Shown here piece by piece: positions 1-8,789 of a stretch of DNA of 64,000 nt. How positions within the stretch are numbered: position 1 is the stretch's first letter; each line of letters starts with the position of its first letter. The notes beneath the pieces are model-generated. The model did not search any database and was not told the DNA's origin. It saw nothing but the letters and a program-made list of their open reading frames with translations. The stretch comes from an uncultured Bacillota bacterium (GTDB lineage: Bacteria > Sysuimicrobiota > Sysuimicrobiia > Sysuimicrobiales > Segetimicrobiaceae): contig CAWDRG010000019.1 in NCBI GenBank assembly GCA_963804645.1, positions 160,001 to 224,000 on the forward strand, in the 5' to 3' direction. The position numbers and the translations under genes were made by a program.

Positions 1-1262
1 ATCGGAAACACGGCGGTCGCGGGAACCGACGCCGCGATCTGCGCCAGCGGTTGGGCCGCGCGCGCGAGCCTCGGGTGCAGGCCGATCGCGACGCCGGCCG
101 GGACCGTCCACGCGAACGAGATTGCCAGCGCGACGGCGATCCGCAGCACCGACGCTCCCGTGCCTTCCGAGATCTCGAGCCATTTCTCGAGCGGGAGCGC
201 CCAGACCAGCTGGACGAGGGAGATGAAACCCCACCCCGCCACCGCGAGCGCCGCGAGGCCGAGCAGCCGCAGCAGTCCCGTCTCCACGCCGGAGACGTCT
301 CGGTTCGCGGGCGCAAGTGCGGCCGGCGCGTGCGCGGGGTGCCGCCGCAAGCGCGCCAGCGCCGTCTGAATCTGGCGAGCGGTCTGCGGCAGCAGCCGGG
401 ACTGGTTCAAGAGGTCGAGCATCCAGGAGGTCGGCACGTCCTGGCTCTCCGACTGTTCCACCTTAAACCGCTCGCTCCATGCGATCAGCGGCCGCCACAC
501 CAGCTGATCCAGCGCGACGATGAGAGCGATCAGCGTGCCGAGGCCCCACAGGATCGAAGGGACGTCGCCGTTATTCGCGGCGGCGAAGAGGTAGCTGCCG
601 AGACCGGGGAGCGTGAAGGACTCCTTCCCGAGCGTGAACGCCTCCGTGGCCATCAGGAAGAACCAGCCGCCGGCCCACGACATCATGCTGTTCCAGACGA
701 GGCCGATGACGGCGGCGGGCAGGTCGAGCGAGATGAACCGCTGCCACCACGACAGGCGGAAGGCGCGCGCCGCTTCGGTCAGTTCTTCCGGGATGGTCAA
801 CAGCGAGTGGTAGAAGCTGAACGCCATGTTCCAGACCATGCCCGTGAAGATCAGCAGCACGCTGCCGAATTCGATCCCGATCGAGCTCCCGGGGAACAGC
901 GCGATCATCGCGAGCAGCACGGCGGGGAGAAACGACAGCACCGGGATCGACTGGAGGATGTCGAGCATCGGCACCAGGATGCGTCCCGCCGCACGGTTGC
1001 GTGCCGCCGCGTACCCGACCACGAGCGTAAACGTGAGCGACAGCAGGTACGCCGCGATCATTCGCAGGAGCGAGAGGAGGGCGTAGCGCGGCAGGGCCGC
1101 GGGATGGAGGTCGATCGTGACCGACGGGGTCGCCCGGACAAACCCCCGGGAGGCGACCGCCAGCAGCAGGTACAGGCCGGCGGCGATCACGGCGAGCAGC
1201 ACCGCGTCGACGGTCCAGCCGCGCTGAGCCTGCAGCAGTTTGGTGTTGGGGTGTCGAAACAT
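1..1262 (-). CDS. NitT/TauT-family ABC transporter permease (3' part outside the window)
   Basis: My minus-strand translation (not in the ORF track because it runs off the edge): multiple TM segments, 'LDILQSIPVLSFLP', 'FTGMVWNMAFSFYHSL', EAA loop 'EAARAFRLSWWQRF', 'WNSMMSWAGGWFFL'. Start ATG 1262 (alternative 1274). Confidence 0.85.
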   Translation of the reverse strand, partial: MFRHPNTKLLQAQRGWTVDAVLLAVIAAGLYLLLAVASRGFVRATPSVTIDLHPAALPRYALLSLLRMIAAYLLSLTFTLVVGYAAARNRAAGRILVPMLDILQSIPVLSFLPAVLLAMIALFPGSSIGIEFGSVLLIFTGMVWNMAFSFYHSLLTIPEELTEAARAFRLSWWQRFISLDLPAAVIGLVWNSMMSWAGGWFFLMATEAFTLGKESFTLPGLGSYLFAAANNGDVPSILWGLGTLIALIVALDQLVWRPLIAWSERFKVEQSESQDVPTSWMLDLLNQSRLLPQTARQIQTALARLRRHPAHAPAALAPANRDVSGVETGLLRLLGLAALAVAGWGFISLVQLVWALPLEKWLEISEGTGASVLRIAVALAISFAWTVPAGVAIGLHPRLARAAQPLAQIAASVPATAVFP

Positions 1263-1272
1263 CGGTGCGCCC

Positions 1273-1302
1273 ATCGTATCCCGGCCGCGGCGACCCCGTC
1301 AA
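1273..1302 (-). promoter_or_regulatory. sigma70-type promoter for the ABC permease
   Basis: Minus strand TTGACG-N18-TACGAT, ending 10 nt before ATG 1262. Confidence 0.55.
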
Positions 1303-1466
1303 TGCAGGCACGGCCGCCGGGGCGACGCGGCGCGACCCGACGCCAAGTGTTCGCCGTCGCTTAACGCAATCCGGCCGGTGATCGGGGCGGGCGCGGGGCG
1401 CCCGCCGACCGATCGCCCGGTGGGGCCGCGGGCACGGAGGGCACGGTGGGACGGTGGGCCGCCGGT

Positions 1467-1496
1467 TTGACACCGCGTCGGGTGGGTCGATATAAT
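1467..1496 (+). promoter_or_regulatory. sigma70-type promoter of the secDF operon
   Basis: Exact consensus TTGACA-N18-TATAAT in a GC-rich background. Confidence 0.85.
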
Positions 1497-1545
1497 GAGC
1501 GATGGTTCGGAAGGCTTTTTTTGTTTGTGCCGGAGGATGGCGCGC

Positions 1546-2928
1546 GTGAAGCTGAGCCACACGGTCCGTTTGTTCATCGTCGTGCTGATCGCGCTGGTGG
1601 CGTGTGGGGTCGCGTTTCAGCCGATCCGCTTTGAGGGCGCGGTTCCGGTCTGGCAGGGGCCGCGGTCCAGCCTGAACCTGGGCCTGGATCTGCAGGGCGG
1701 GAGCCACATCCAGCTCCAGGCGGTGCCGACGGCCCAGACCGCGGTCACCGACGACGCGATGAACGGGGTCCTGAGTGTCATCCGGAACCGCGTCGACCAG
1801 CTCGGCGTATCCGAGCCGAACATCGTGCGGCAGGGCCGGGACCGGATCGTGATCGAGCTGCCCGGCATCAAGGATCCGGCGCGCGCGCTCAACATCATCG
1901 GCAAGACCGCGCTCCTCGAGTTCGTCGACACCGGGAGCGTCTCGCTGCCCGAGAATGCGACGTGGATCAACCCGGACACCGTCCAGGAGCCGCCCACCAA
2001 CACGACGGTCAAGGTGCCGAAGAACGTGCTGCTGACTGGCGCGGATCTCGCGGGGGCGGCCGAGCAGTACGATCCGACCTACGGGACACCGGAGGTCGCG
2101 TTTACGTTCAAGAGCTCTGCCGCGAGGAAGTTTGAGGACTATACCGCCAAGAACATCGGGAAGTACCTCACGATCGTCCTCGACAACAAAGTGATCAGCT
2201 CCCCGGTGATCCAGTCCGCGATCCCCGGGGGCAAGGGCGTCATCAACGGCAGCTTCACGCTGGAGTCGGCGAGCGAGCTGGCGGTGCTGCTGCGGGCCGG
2301 CGCGCTGCCGATCCCGGTCAAGGTCGTTGAGAACCAGACGATCGGGCCGCTGCTCGGCAAAGATTCGATCGACCGCAGCGTGCGCGCCGGCGAAGTCGCG
2401 ATGGTGATGGTCGCGCTTTTCATGTTCCTCTACTATCGGTTCTCCGGCTTCCTGGCCGACATCGCGCTCGTCGTGTACACGCTGATCGTCTTCGCGCTGA
2501 TGACGGGCATCGGGGCGGCCCTGAGCCTCCCCGGGATCGCCGGCTTCATTCTGTCGCTCGGCGTCGCGGTCGACGCGAACGTGATCATTTTCGAGAAGGT
2601 CAAGGAAGAGCTGCGCGCGCAGAAGAGCCTCCGGGCGTCGGTGGCGGCCGGATGGAGCCGGGCGATCGTGACGATCCTCGACTCCAACGCGACGACGCTG
2701 ATCGGGGCGTTCGTGCTGCTGTGGCTCGGCACCGGACCGGTGCGCGGGTTCGCGGTGACCCTGATCCTCGGCATCCTGACCAGCATCTTCACGGCGATCG
2801 TTGTGACCCGCGTGTTCGTCGACGTCGCCCTCGATACGCCGACGGGATCCCGGTGGATCCAGCATCTCGGGGATCTGCCGCACAAGACGCCGGCGACCGC
2901 CCCGGGCACTGCCGGGGCGGGGGAGTAG
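1546..2928 (+). CDS. secD: protein translocase subunit SecD
   Basis: 'LNLGLDLQGG', 'RVDQLGVSEP', 'LRAGALP', 'GVAVDANVIIFE', 'ILDSNATT'; GTG 1546 with GGAGG upstream. Confidence 0.97.
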   Translation: MKLSHTVRLFIVVLIALVACGVAFQPIRFEGAVPVWQGPRSSLNLGLDLQGGSHIQLQAVPTAQTAVTDDAMNGVLSVIRNRVDQLGVSEPNIVRQGRDRIVIELPGIKDPARALNIIGKTALLEFVDTGSVSLPENATWINPDTVQEPPTNTTVKVPKNVLLTGADLAGAAEQYDPTYGTPEVAFTFKSSAARKFEDYTAKNIGKYLTIVLDNKVISSPVIQSAIPGGKGVINGSFTLESASELAVLLRAGALPIPVKVVENQTIGPLLGKDSIDRSVRAGEVAMVMVALFMFLYYRFSGFLADIALVVYTLIVFALMTGIGAALSLPGIAGFILSLGVAVDANVIIFEKVKEELRAQKSLRASVAAGWSRAIVTILDSNATTLIGAFVLLWLGTGPVRGFAVTLILGILTSIFTAIVVTRVFVDVALDTPTGSRWIQHLGDLPHKTPATAPGTAGAGE

Positions 2929-2932
2929 GCGC

Positions 2933-3997
2933 GTGGACAAGACGTTCAATCTGATCAAGCACCGGCGCTGGTACTACGCGCTGTCGCTGGCCGTGATCCT
3001 CCCCGGGCTGTTCGCGCTGTACTTCCACCACGTGCACGATCACCACGCGCTCAACTGGGGCGTGGACTTCACCGGCGGCGACTCGATCGAGCTCCAGATC
3101 ACCGATCCGTTCACGACGGGCGACGTGCGGCAGGTGCTGCAGGGGTTCGGCCTCGGCGACGCGGTCATCCAGACGTCCGGGCAGAACAACCTGTTCATCC
3201 GTACGCGGCTGCTGACGCAGGACCAGACCAATCAGATCATCGCGGCGATGAAGAACAAGTTCCCCCATTCCGAGATGCTGCAGGAGGACACGGTCGGGCC
3301 CGAGATCGGGGCCGAGCTGCAGAGCAAGGCGATCATGGGGGTCGTGGTCGGCCTCATCCTCCAGGTGATCTTCATCTCCGTGCGGTTCCGGTCGATCCGC
3401 TTCGCGATCGCGGCGGACGTCGCCCTGCTGCACGACCTGCTCGTGGTCATCGGGGCGTTCGCGATCACGCAGATCGAGGTCGACAGCTCGTTCCTGGCCG
3501 TCCTGCTGACGGTCGCCGGCTACTCGATCAACGACACGATCGTGATCTTCGACCGCATCCGCGAGAACCTCAACATGCGGACGCGGGAGCCGTTCGAGCC
3601 CCTCGTCAACCGCAGCGTCCTCGAGGCATTGGTACGGTCGATCAACACCGCCATGACCGCGGTGCTGGCGATCGGGGCCGTCTACCTGTTCGGCGGGGAG
3701 ACGATTCGGCCGGTCGCGTTCGGACTGATGGTCTCGATCATCACCGGCGGGTATTCCTCGATCTTCAACGCGAGCCCGATCCTGGTCGACTGGTACAACT
3801 GGGACGAGCGGCGCAAGGCGCGGACCGCGGGCACCGGCGCGGGCGCGCGTCCCGTGCGCGCCGCCAGCGCGCCCGAGCCGGCGCTGCCGTCAGGTGACGG
3901 GGCCGCGCGCGGCGACGGCGGGATGGTGCCCGTGCTGAACGCGCCGGTGCGGTCCGGGGCGAGTCGCCGCCGGCGCGGCGGGCGGCGGAGGCGGTAG
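2933..3997 (+). CDS. secF: protein translocase subunit SecF
   Basis: 'WGVDFTGG', 'VGPEIGAEL', 'GYSINDTIVIFDRIREN'; follows secD. Confidence 0.97.
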   Translation: MDKTFNLIKHRRWYYALSLAVILPGLFALYFHHVHDHHALNWGVDFTGGDSIELQITDPFTTGDVRQVLQGFGLGDAVIQTSGQNNLFIRTRLLTQDQTNQIIAAMKNKFPHSEMLQEDTVGPEIGAELQSKAIMGVVVGLILQVIFISVRFRSIRFAIAADVALLHDLLVVIGAFAITQIEVDSSFLAVLLTVAGYSINDTIVIFDRIRENLNMRTREPFEPLVNRSVLEALVRSINTAMTAVLAIGAVYLFGGETIRPVAFGLMVSIITGGYSSIFNASPILVDWYNWDERRKARTAGTGAGARPVRAASAPEPALPSGDGAARGDGGMVPVLNAPVRSGASRRRRGGRRRR

Positions 3998-4005
3998 CCG
4001 GCCGA

Positions 4006-4314
4006 ATGCGGTTCGGGGTCGTGGTCCTGTTGCTCGTCCTCGTCGTCGTGGCGGCGTTTACCGCGAGCAATCTGGGCAGCACCACCCTGTTGTTCTGGCG
4101 GTGGCCCGTGCTCGTCGCACCGCTGTCGTACATCGTGGTGGGCGCGGCTGTGCTCGGGGCGCTGTTGGTGCTGCTCGTGTCCTGGCCGCGCCACCGGCAC
4201 CTGGGGGCGCGGATCCGCGAGCTCGAGGGGCGGTTGCGGATCCTTGAGGCGCCGCCGCGCGAGTCTCCCGCGACGTTCGGAGCGCGGTCGGACGAGACGC
4301 GCCGCTTCCCCTAG
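4006..4314 (+). CDS. LapA/DUF1049-family small membrane protein
   Basis: TM, then 'F..SN....L.FW', second TM and a basic coiled C-terminus. Confidence 0.7.
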   Translation: MRFGVVVLLLVLVVVAAFTASNLGSTTLLFWRWPVLVAPLSYIVVGAAVLGALLVLLVSWPRHRHLGARIRELEGRLRILEAPPRESPATFGARSDETRRFP

Positions 4315-4359
4315 CCCGTTCCCTCCTCCGCGCGGCGCCGGCCGCGGCACGCCGGCCGG

Positions 4360-5100
4360 CTACATCAGGGCGACAAGGAACAGGAATCCGCACACTCCGA
4401 ACACTTTGATGGACACCACGTACAGCGTTGTAAACCCCACAAGGACGATCGCGGTCGCGAACATCCACGAGGACCGATCGAGGACCGGTGGTGTTGCCGC
4501 GCGTGTCCGCGGGGCGGTTCGCGGGGCCGCCGCGGGGGACTGCACCTGCTGGTAGGCGCGGATGATGCTCCGCAGCTTGGCCGCGGCGCGCTCCTGCGCG
4601 GCGGGATCCGCCGCGAACCGGTCGGGATGCCACTGCTTGACGAGCCGGCGGTAGGCGGCCTTGACCTCCGACCGGGGCGTCCCAGGTGAGAGATTCAGCA
4701 CCCGGTAGCTCGCGGCCACGCTCTCGGCGATCACCGGGCGCTTCTCGACGGGTGTCTCCTCCGCTGGCGTCCACGAGTTCCACGCGTTCCACAGTGGATC
4801 GAACCGCGGGCGCGTCTCACGGGTCATCTCACGATACCAATCCGCGCAGAACAGGATGAGGGGGAGGGCCCCGGCCACGTACCAAAAGCCCTCCGGCAGC
4901 CGGCTCGCGACGGCGGCCTGGGCCGCCAGCGCCAGCGCGAGCACCACGATGCTCGCGCCGATCCACGCCATCGTCGGCCGGACGCCCTCGGCGAGGGCGC
5001 GGGACACGGCGACGATCAGCCGCCATCCCGGCTTCAGCCCCTTCCGCAGCAGGAGGGGGACCTGCTCCAGCTCCCGGAACGGTGATCGGGAGGCGATCAT
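4360..5100 (-). CDS. membrane-bound J-domain protein
   Basis: 'YRVLNLSPG...EVKAAYRRLVKQWHPDRF' (HPD motif) flanked by TM segments; start uncertain (5100 or 5154). Confidence 0.8.
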   Translation of the reverse strand: MIASRSPFRELEQVPLLLRKGLKPGWRLIVAVSRALAEGVRPTMAWIGASIVVLALALAAQAAVASRLPEGFWYVAGALPLILFCADWYREMTRETRPRFDPLWNAWNSWTPAEETPVEKRPVIAESVAASYRVLNLSPGTPRSEVKAAYRRLVKQWHPDRFAADPAAQERAAAKLRSIIRAYQQVQSPAAAPRTAPRTRAATPPVLDRSSWMFATAIVLVGFTTLYVVSIKVFGVCGFLFLVALM

Positions 5101-5272
5101 GGTGCCGGCACCCTCGATCCTCGGATCCCCACTCGCATGGAACCGATCTTCCATCGCGGCGCGCCAGCTCCTTCCTGGTGGCGGGCGTCCGGGCCGGCCG
5201 CCGGCTGCGCCGGACGGTCCGGTGCGGCCGGGGAACGCGCCGCGCGCTCCCGGCACGTTATAATTGAGCGTG

Positions 5273-8200
5273 ATGGCCGTGCTCGAGAGACCTACGTGGG
5301 TGGTGGCGCCGTCCGACCCGGAGGCGCAGGCGCTGGCGCTCGCACTCGACGTTCCCCTGGCGGTCGCCGGGGTGCTGCGCCGCCGGGGTGCGACCACCCT
5401 CGAGGCCGCCCGGATCTTTCTGCACCCGTCGCTTGACGATCTCGCCGACCCCTCGGAGATTCCCGGCATGCCAGACGCGGTGGCGCGGCTCGCCCGCGCG
5501 CTCGACGCCGGGGAGCGCATCGCGGTGCACGGCGACTACGACGCGGATGGGATTACCGCGACGGCGATGCTGGTGCGCGCGCTGCGCGCGCTCGGCGCGG
5601 ACCCGCTCTGGTACCTGCCCCACCGCGTGCACGACGGGTACGGGCTCGGGGTGCGGGCGGTCGAGGGGCTGGCCGCGCGCGGGGCGCGCGTGCTCGTCGC
5701 GGTGGACTGCGGCATCACCGCGTTTGATGCGGTGTCGCGGGCCCGCGCGCTCGGCCTCGACGTCGTCGTCGTCGATCACCACACGCCCTCGTCCGAACTG
5801 CCGTCCGCTGTGGTCGTCGCCCCGGTCGGCGCCGCGGACGGCGCCGATCCGTGCGCGGCGGGGCTCGCGTTTTCTCTCGTGTGGGCGCTGCGGCGCCACC
5901 TCGGACGCACCCCGGCGGTGCCCGCCGACCTGGTCGCGCTCGCGGCCCTCGGCACCGTCACGGATGTTGTCCCGCTGCTCGGCGACAACCGCCGCCTCGT
6001 CGCCGCGGGCCTCGCCCAGCTGCGCGGCAGCCCGATCGCCGGGCTGCGGGCGCTGGTGGACGAGTCGACGGGAGAAGGCCCCGTCGAGGCGTGGCACCTC
6101 GGCTGGCAGCTCGGGCCGCGCCTCAACTCGGCCGGCCGCCTCGGCGATCCTTCACCGGCCCTGCACCTCCTCCTGACGGACGATCCGGTCGAAGCCCGGG
6201 ACCTCGCCCGCACGCTCAGCGACCTCAACCGCGAGCGGCAGACCGTGCTGGAGGCCGTGCTCGCGGAAGCGGCCGAGCAGGCGGCGGAGACCCCCGACGC
6301 GCCGGCGCTGGTGGTGGCTGGGGAGGCGTGGCATCCGGGCGTCGTTGGCCTGGTTGCGAGCCGCCTTGTCGAGCTGTACCGGCGTCCCGCGATCGCCGTG
6401 GCCCTGGCCGAGGGCGCCGGCCGCGGCTCGGCGCGGAGCGTCGAGGGGTTCAATCTGGTGGACGCGCTCGCGGCGTGCGGGCAGCACCTGACCGGTTTCG
6501 GCGGCCACGCGATGGCGGCGGGGCTGTCGATTGACGCGCAGGCGATCCCGGAGTTTCGCCGGGCCTTTCAGGCCGTGGCGGCCGCCGCGGTGCCGCCCTC
6601 GGCCGCCCGGCTTCACGTGGACGCGGAGCTTACCCTCGCCGAGGTGACCGTGCCGCTCGTCGCGGCGCTGGACCGGCTGGCGCCGTTCGGCGCGGGCAAT
6701 CCCCAGCCCGTGTTCGCGGTCCGGGGCGTGCGCGCGGTGACCCGGCGCCTCGTCGGCGGCGGCGTCCATCTCCGGATGGGCGTCACGGACGGCACGGTAT
6801 TCATGGAGACGATCGGATTTGCGATGGCGGGGTGGGGCGAGGTGCTGACCTTCACCGACGCCCTCGTCGATCTCGCATTCGTGCCCGAGTTCGATCGGTA
6901 CGAGGCCGGACGCGTCCGGCTCCGGCTGCGCGCGTTGGAGACACCGGGCGTGGACCCGCAGGCGCTGCTGGCCGACACCGGTTTGTTGGTCGACCGGTTG
7001 TTCCACCACGCGGACGAGTACGTCGCGGACGACCGCGACGCGCGCGGCGACGCGGCGGAGTTCTACACGAAAGTCGCCGGGGTGACGTTCGACGACCGCC
7101 AGGCGGTGCTCGCCACGCTGCGCGACGGCGACGCGCTCGTCCTGCGGCGCGAGCCCGCGAACACGCACGATCCGCACGCGGTGCGCGTGACGGCGGGGGA
7201 CGGCCGGATGGTGGGCTACTTGAGCGCGCGGCTCGCGGGGCGCGTCGCCCCGGCGATGGACGCCGGAGGGCGGTATCGCGCGACCGTCTCTCGGGTTACC
7301 GGCGGCGGAGATCGCACGCTCGGCCTCAACATCTTCGTCGAGCGCGCGGACGATGAGCCGGCGCGCCTCGGTGCCGCGGCGCGGGCAGCGTGGCGTGCGC
7401 TGGATCAGGACGGCGTCGCCGCGCGGCTGCCGATCTACGTCAACGGCGGACGGACGCTGCGGCCCGCGCTCGCGGAGGCGCTCGCGGAGGCCCGCCGTGG
7501 AGGGTCGCCCGTGCTGAGCCTGCCGCCCGCACGCGGGTGGGCTGCGGCGCTCGCCGGGGCCGCCGCCCAGGCGTCGACGGGAGACCGGGGCGCGCTCGTG
7601 ATCTGTCCGACGTGGCCGGACGTCGCGCACCGCACCGAGCAGCTGCGCGACCGGCTGGCGGCGATCGGCTTCCGCGTCGTGCCGGTGCACGGCATGATGG
7701 GCGTGGGTGAGCGGGACCACGCCGCGGCGGCGCTGCGGGCGGGGGACGCGGACGTGGTCGTCGCGAGCCTCGAGGCGGTGTGTGATGGGACGCTCGTGGG
7801 GCCATGGTCTGCCCGGGCGGGCATGATCGTGCTGGACGGCCTCTCCGCCGCGGATGCCGCGCTGCTGCCCGCGGACACGGCTGCGCGGCCGAGCTTCGCG
7901 GTCGCGGAGGCCGCGGAGGCGGCGGCGCTGGCGCGCGCGCGGCGTGGGGTGGTGCTGCTGCGGGACGATCCGCCGCGGCCGCTGATCCGGATCGACGACC
8001 GGCGGAACTCCGCGGGCCTGGACGCCGTGTTGGAGGAAGTGGCTCAGGCAGGCGAGAAAACCGTCGTTTATACTGCGACGGCCGACGCATGTGTGCGCGC
8101 GGCGGTGCGGCTTCGAGATCGTGCCGGCTCGCTCCGAGTCGGCTATCTGCATGCGGGGCTGCCGGCCCGGCTTCGGCAGGTCGTGGCGGGAGCGTTCCAG

Positions 8201-8770
8201 GAGGGACGGCTCGGGATGCTGGTGACGACGGCGCTGGACGAGGAGGCCCTGCCGGCGGATCTGCGCCGGGCGGTGCTGGCGTCGTTCCCGGCGGACCGGC
8301 GGGCGCTGTTCGCGGCCTGCGGCACCGTGGGGCTCGACCGGCGTCCGTCGACCGTTACGCTCGCGTTTGGCGCGGAGGACGGCGCGGCGCGCCGCCGCGA
8401 GATGGAAGGGCGCGCGCCCAGCCGGGACCTGCTGGTGCAGCTCTACCGCGCGCTCAAGGCGTGGCGGGGGGAGCTGCCGTTCCCGTGGCCGGACGACGAA
8501 ACCTGGACGCGCGTGCGGGCCGCGGCGCCGGGCGCGACGGTACCGTCCGTGGACGCGGCGTGCGCGATCTTCGAGGAAGTCGGGCTGGCGGCGCGGGAGG
8601 GCACCGCGGGCGGGTGGCAGGTGCGCCTCGTCCCGGCCGATGGGCGGCGGGACCTGCGCGCCTCGCTGCGGTTTCGCGAGGGCGTGCGGGAGCGGGACGC
8701 GTTCGAGGCATGCGCGGGGTGGGTCGAGCGCGCGCCGGCCGCGGAGATCCAGCGGGCGGTGTCGTCGTGA
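5273..8770 (+). CDS. recJ: ssDNA exonuclease RecJ fused to a HIRAN domain and a degenerate SF2/RecQ-like helicase region
   Basis: 'GDYDADG', 'VDCG', 'VDHH', 'PRLNSAGRL', 'GSARS', 'GGHAMAAG', 'PFGAGNPQP'; then 'TKVAGVTF...LRREPANTHDPHAVRV...VGYL'; then RecA-like folds with 'YLHAGL'. Confidence 0.92.
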   Translation: MAVLERPTWVVAPSDPEAQALALALDVPLAVAGVLRRRGATTLEAARIFLHPSLDDLADPSEIPGMPDAVARLARALDAGERIAVHGDYDADGITATAMLVRALRALGADPLWYLPHRVHDGYGLGVRAVEGLAARGARVLVAVDCGITAFDAVSRARALGLDVVVVDHHTPSSELPSAVVVAPVGAADGADPCAAGLAFSLVWALRRHLGRTPAVPADLVALAALGTVTDVVPLLGDNRRLVAAGLAQLRGSPIAGLRALVDESTGEGPVEAWHLGWQLGPRLNSAGRLGDPSPALHLLLTDDPVEARDLARTLSDLNRERQTVLEAVLAEAAEQAAETPDAPALVVAGEAWHPGVVGLVASRLVELYRRPAIAVALAEGAGRGSARSVEGFNLVDALAACGQHLTGFGGHAMAAGLSIDAQAIPEFRRAFQAVAAAAVPPSAARLHVDAELTLAEVTVPLVAALDRLAPFGAGNPQPVFAVRGVRAVTRRLVGGGVHLRMGVTDGTVFMETIGFAMAGWGEVLTFTDALVDLAFVPEFDRYEAGRVRLRLRALETPGVDPQALLADTGLLVDRLFHHADEYVADDRDARGDAAEFYTKVAGVTFDDRQAVLATLRDGDALVLRREPANTHDPHAVRVTAGDGRMVGYLSARLAGRVAPAMDAGGRYRATVSRVTGGGDRTLGLNIFVERADDEPARLGAAARAAWRALDQDGVAARLPIYVNGGRTLRPALAEALAEARRGGSPVLSLPPARGWAAALAGAAAQASTGDRGALVICPTWPDVAHRTEQLRDRLAAIGFRVVPVHGMMGVGERDHAAAALRAGDADVVVASLEAVCDGTLVGPWSARAGMIVLDGLSAADAALLPADTAARPSFAVAEAAEAAALARARRGVVLLRDDPPRPLIRIDDRRNSAGLDAVLEEVAQAGEKTVVYTATADACVRAAVRLRDRAGSLRVGYLHAGLPARLRQVVAGAFQEGRLGMLVTTALDEEALPADLRRAVLASFPADRRALFAACGTVGLDRRPSTVTLAFGAEDGAARRREMEGRAPSRDLLVQLYRALKAWRGELPFPWPDDETWTRVRAAAPGATVPSVDAACAIFEEVGLAAREGTAGGWQVRLVPADGRRDLRASLRFREGVRERDAFEACAGWVERAPAAEIQRAVSS

Positions 8771-8789
8771 CGCCGCATCAGGAGAGGCG

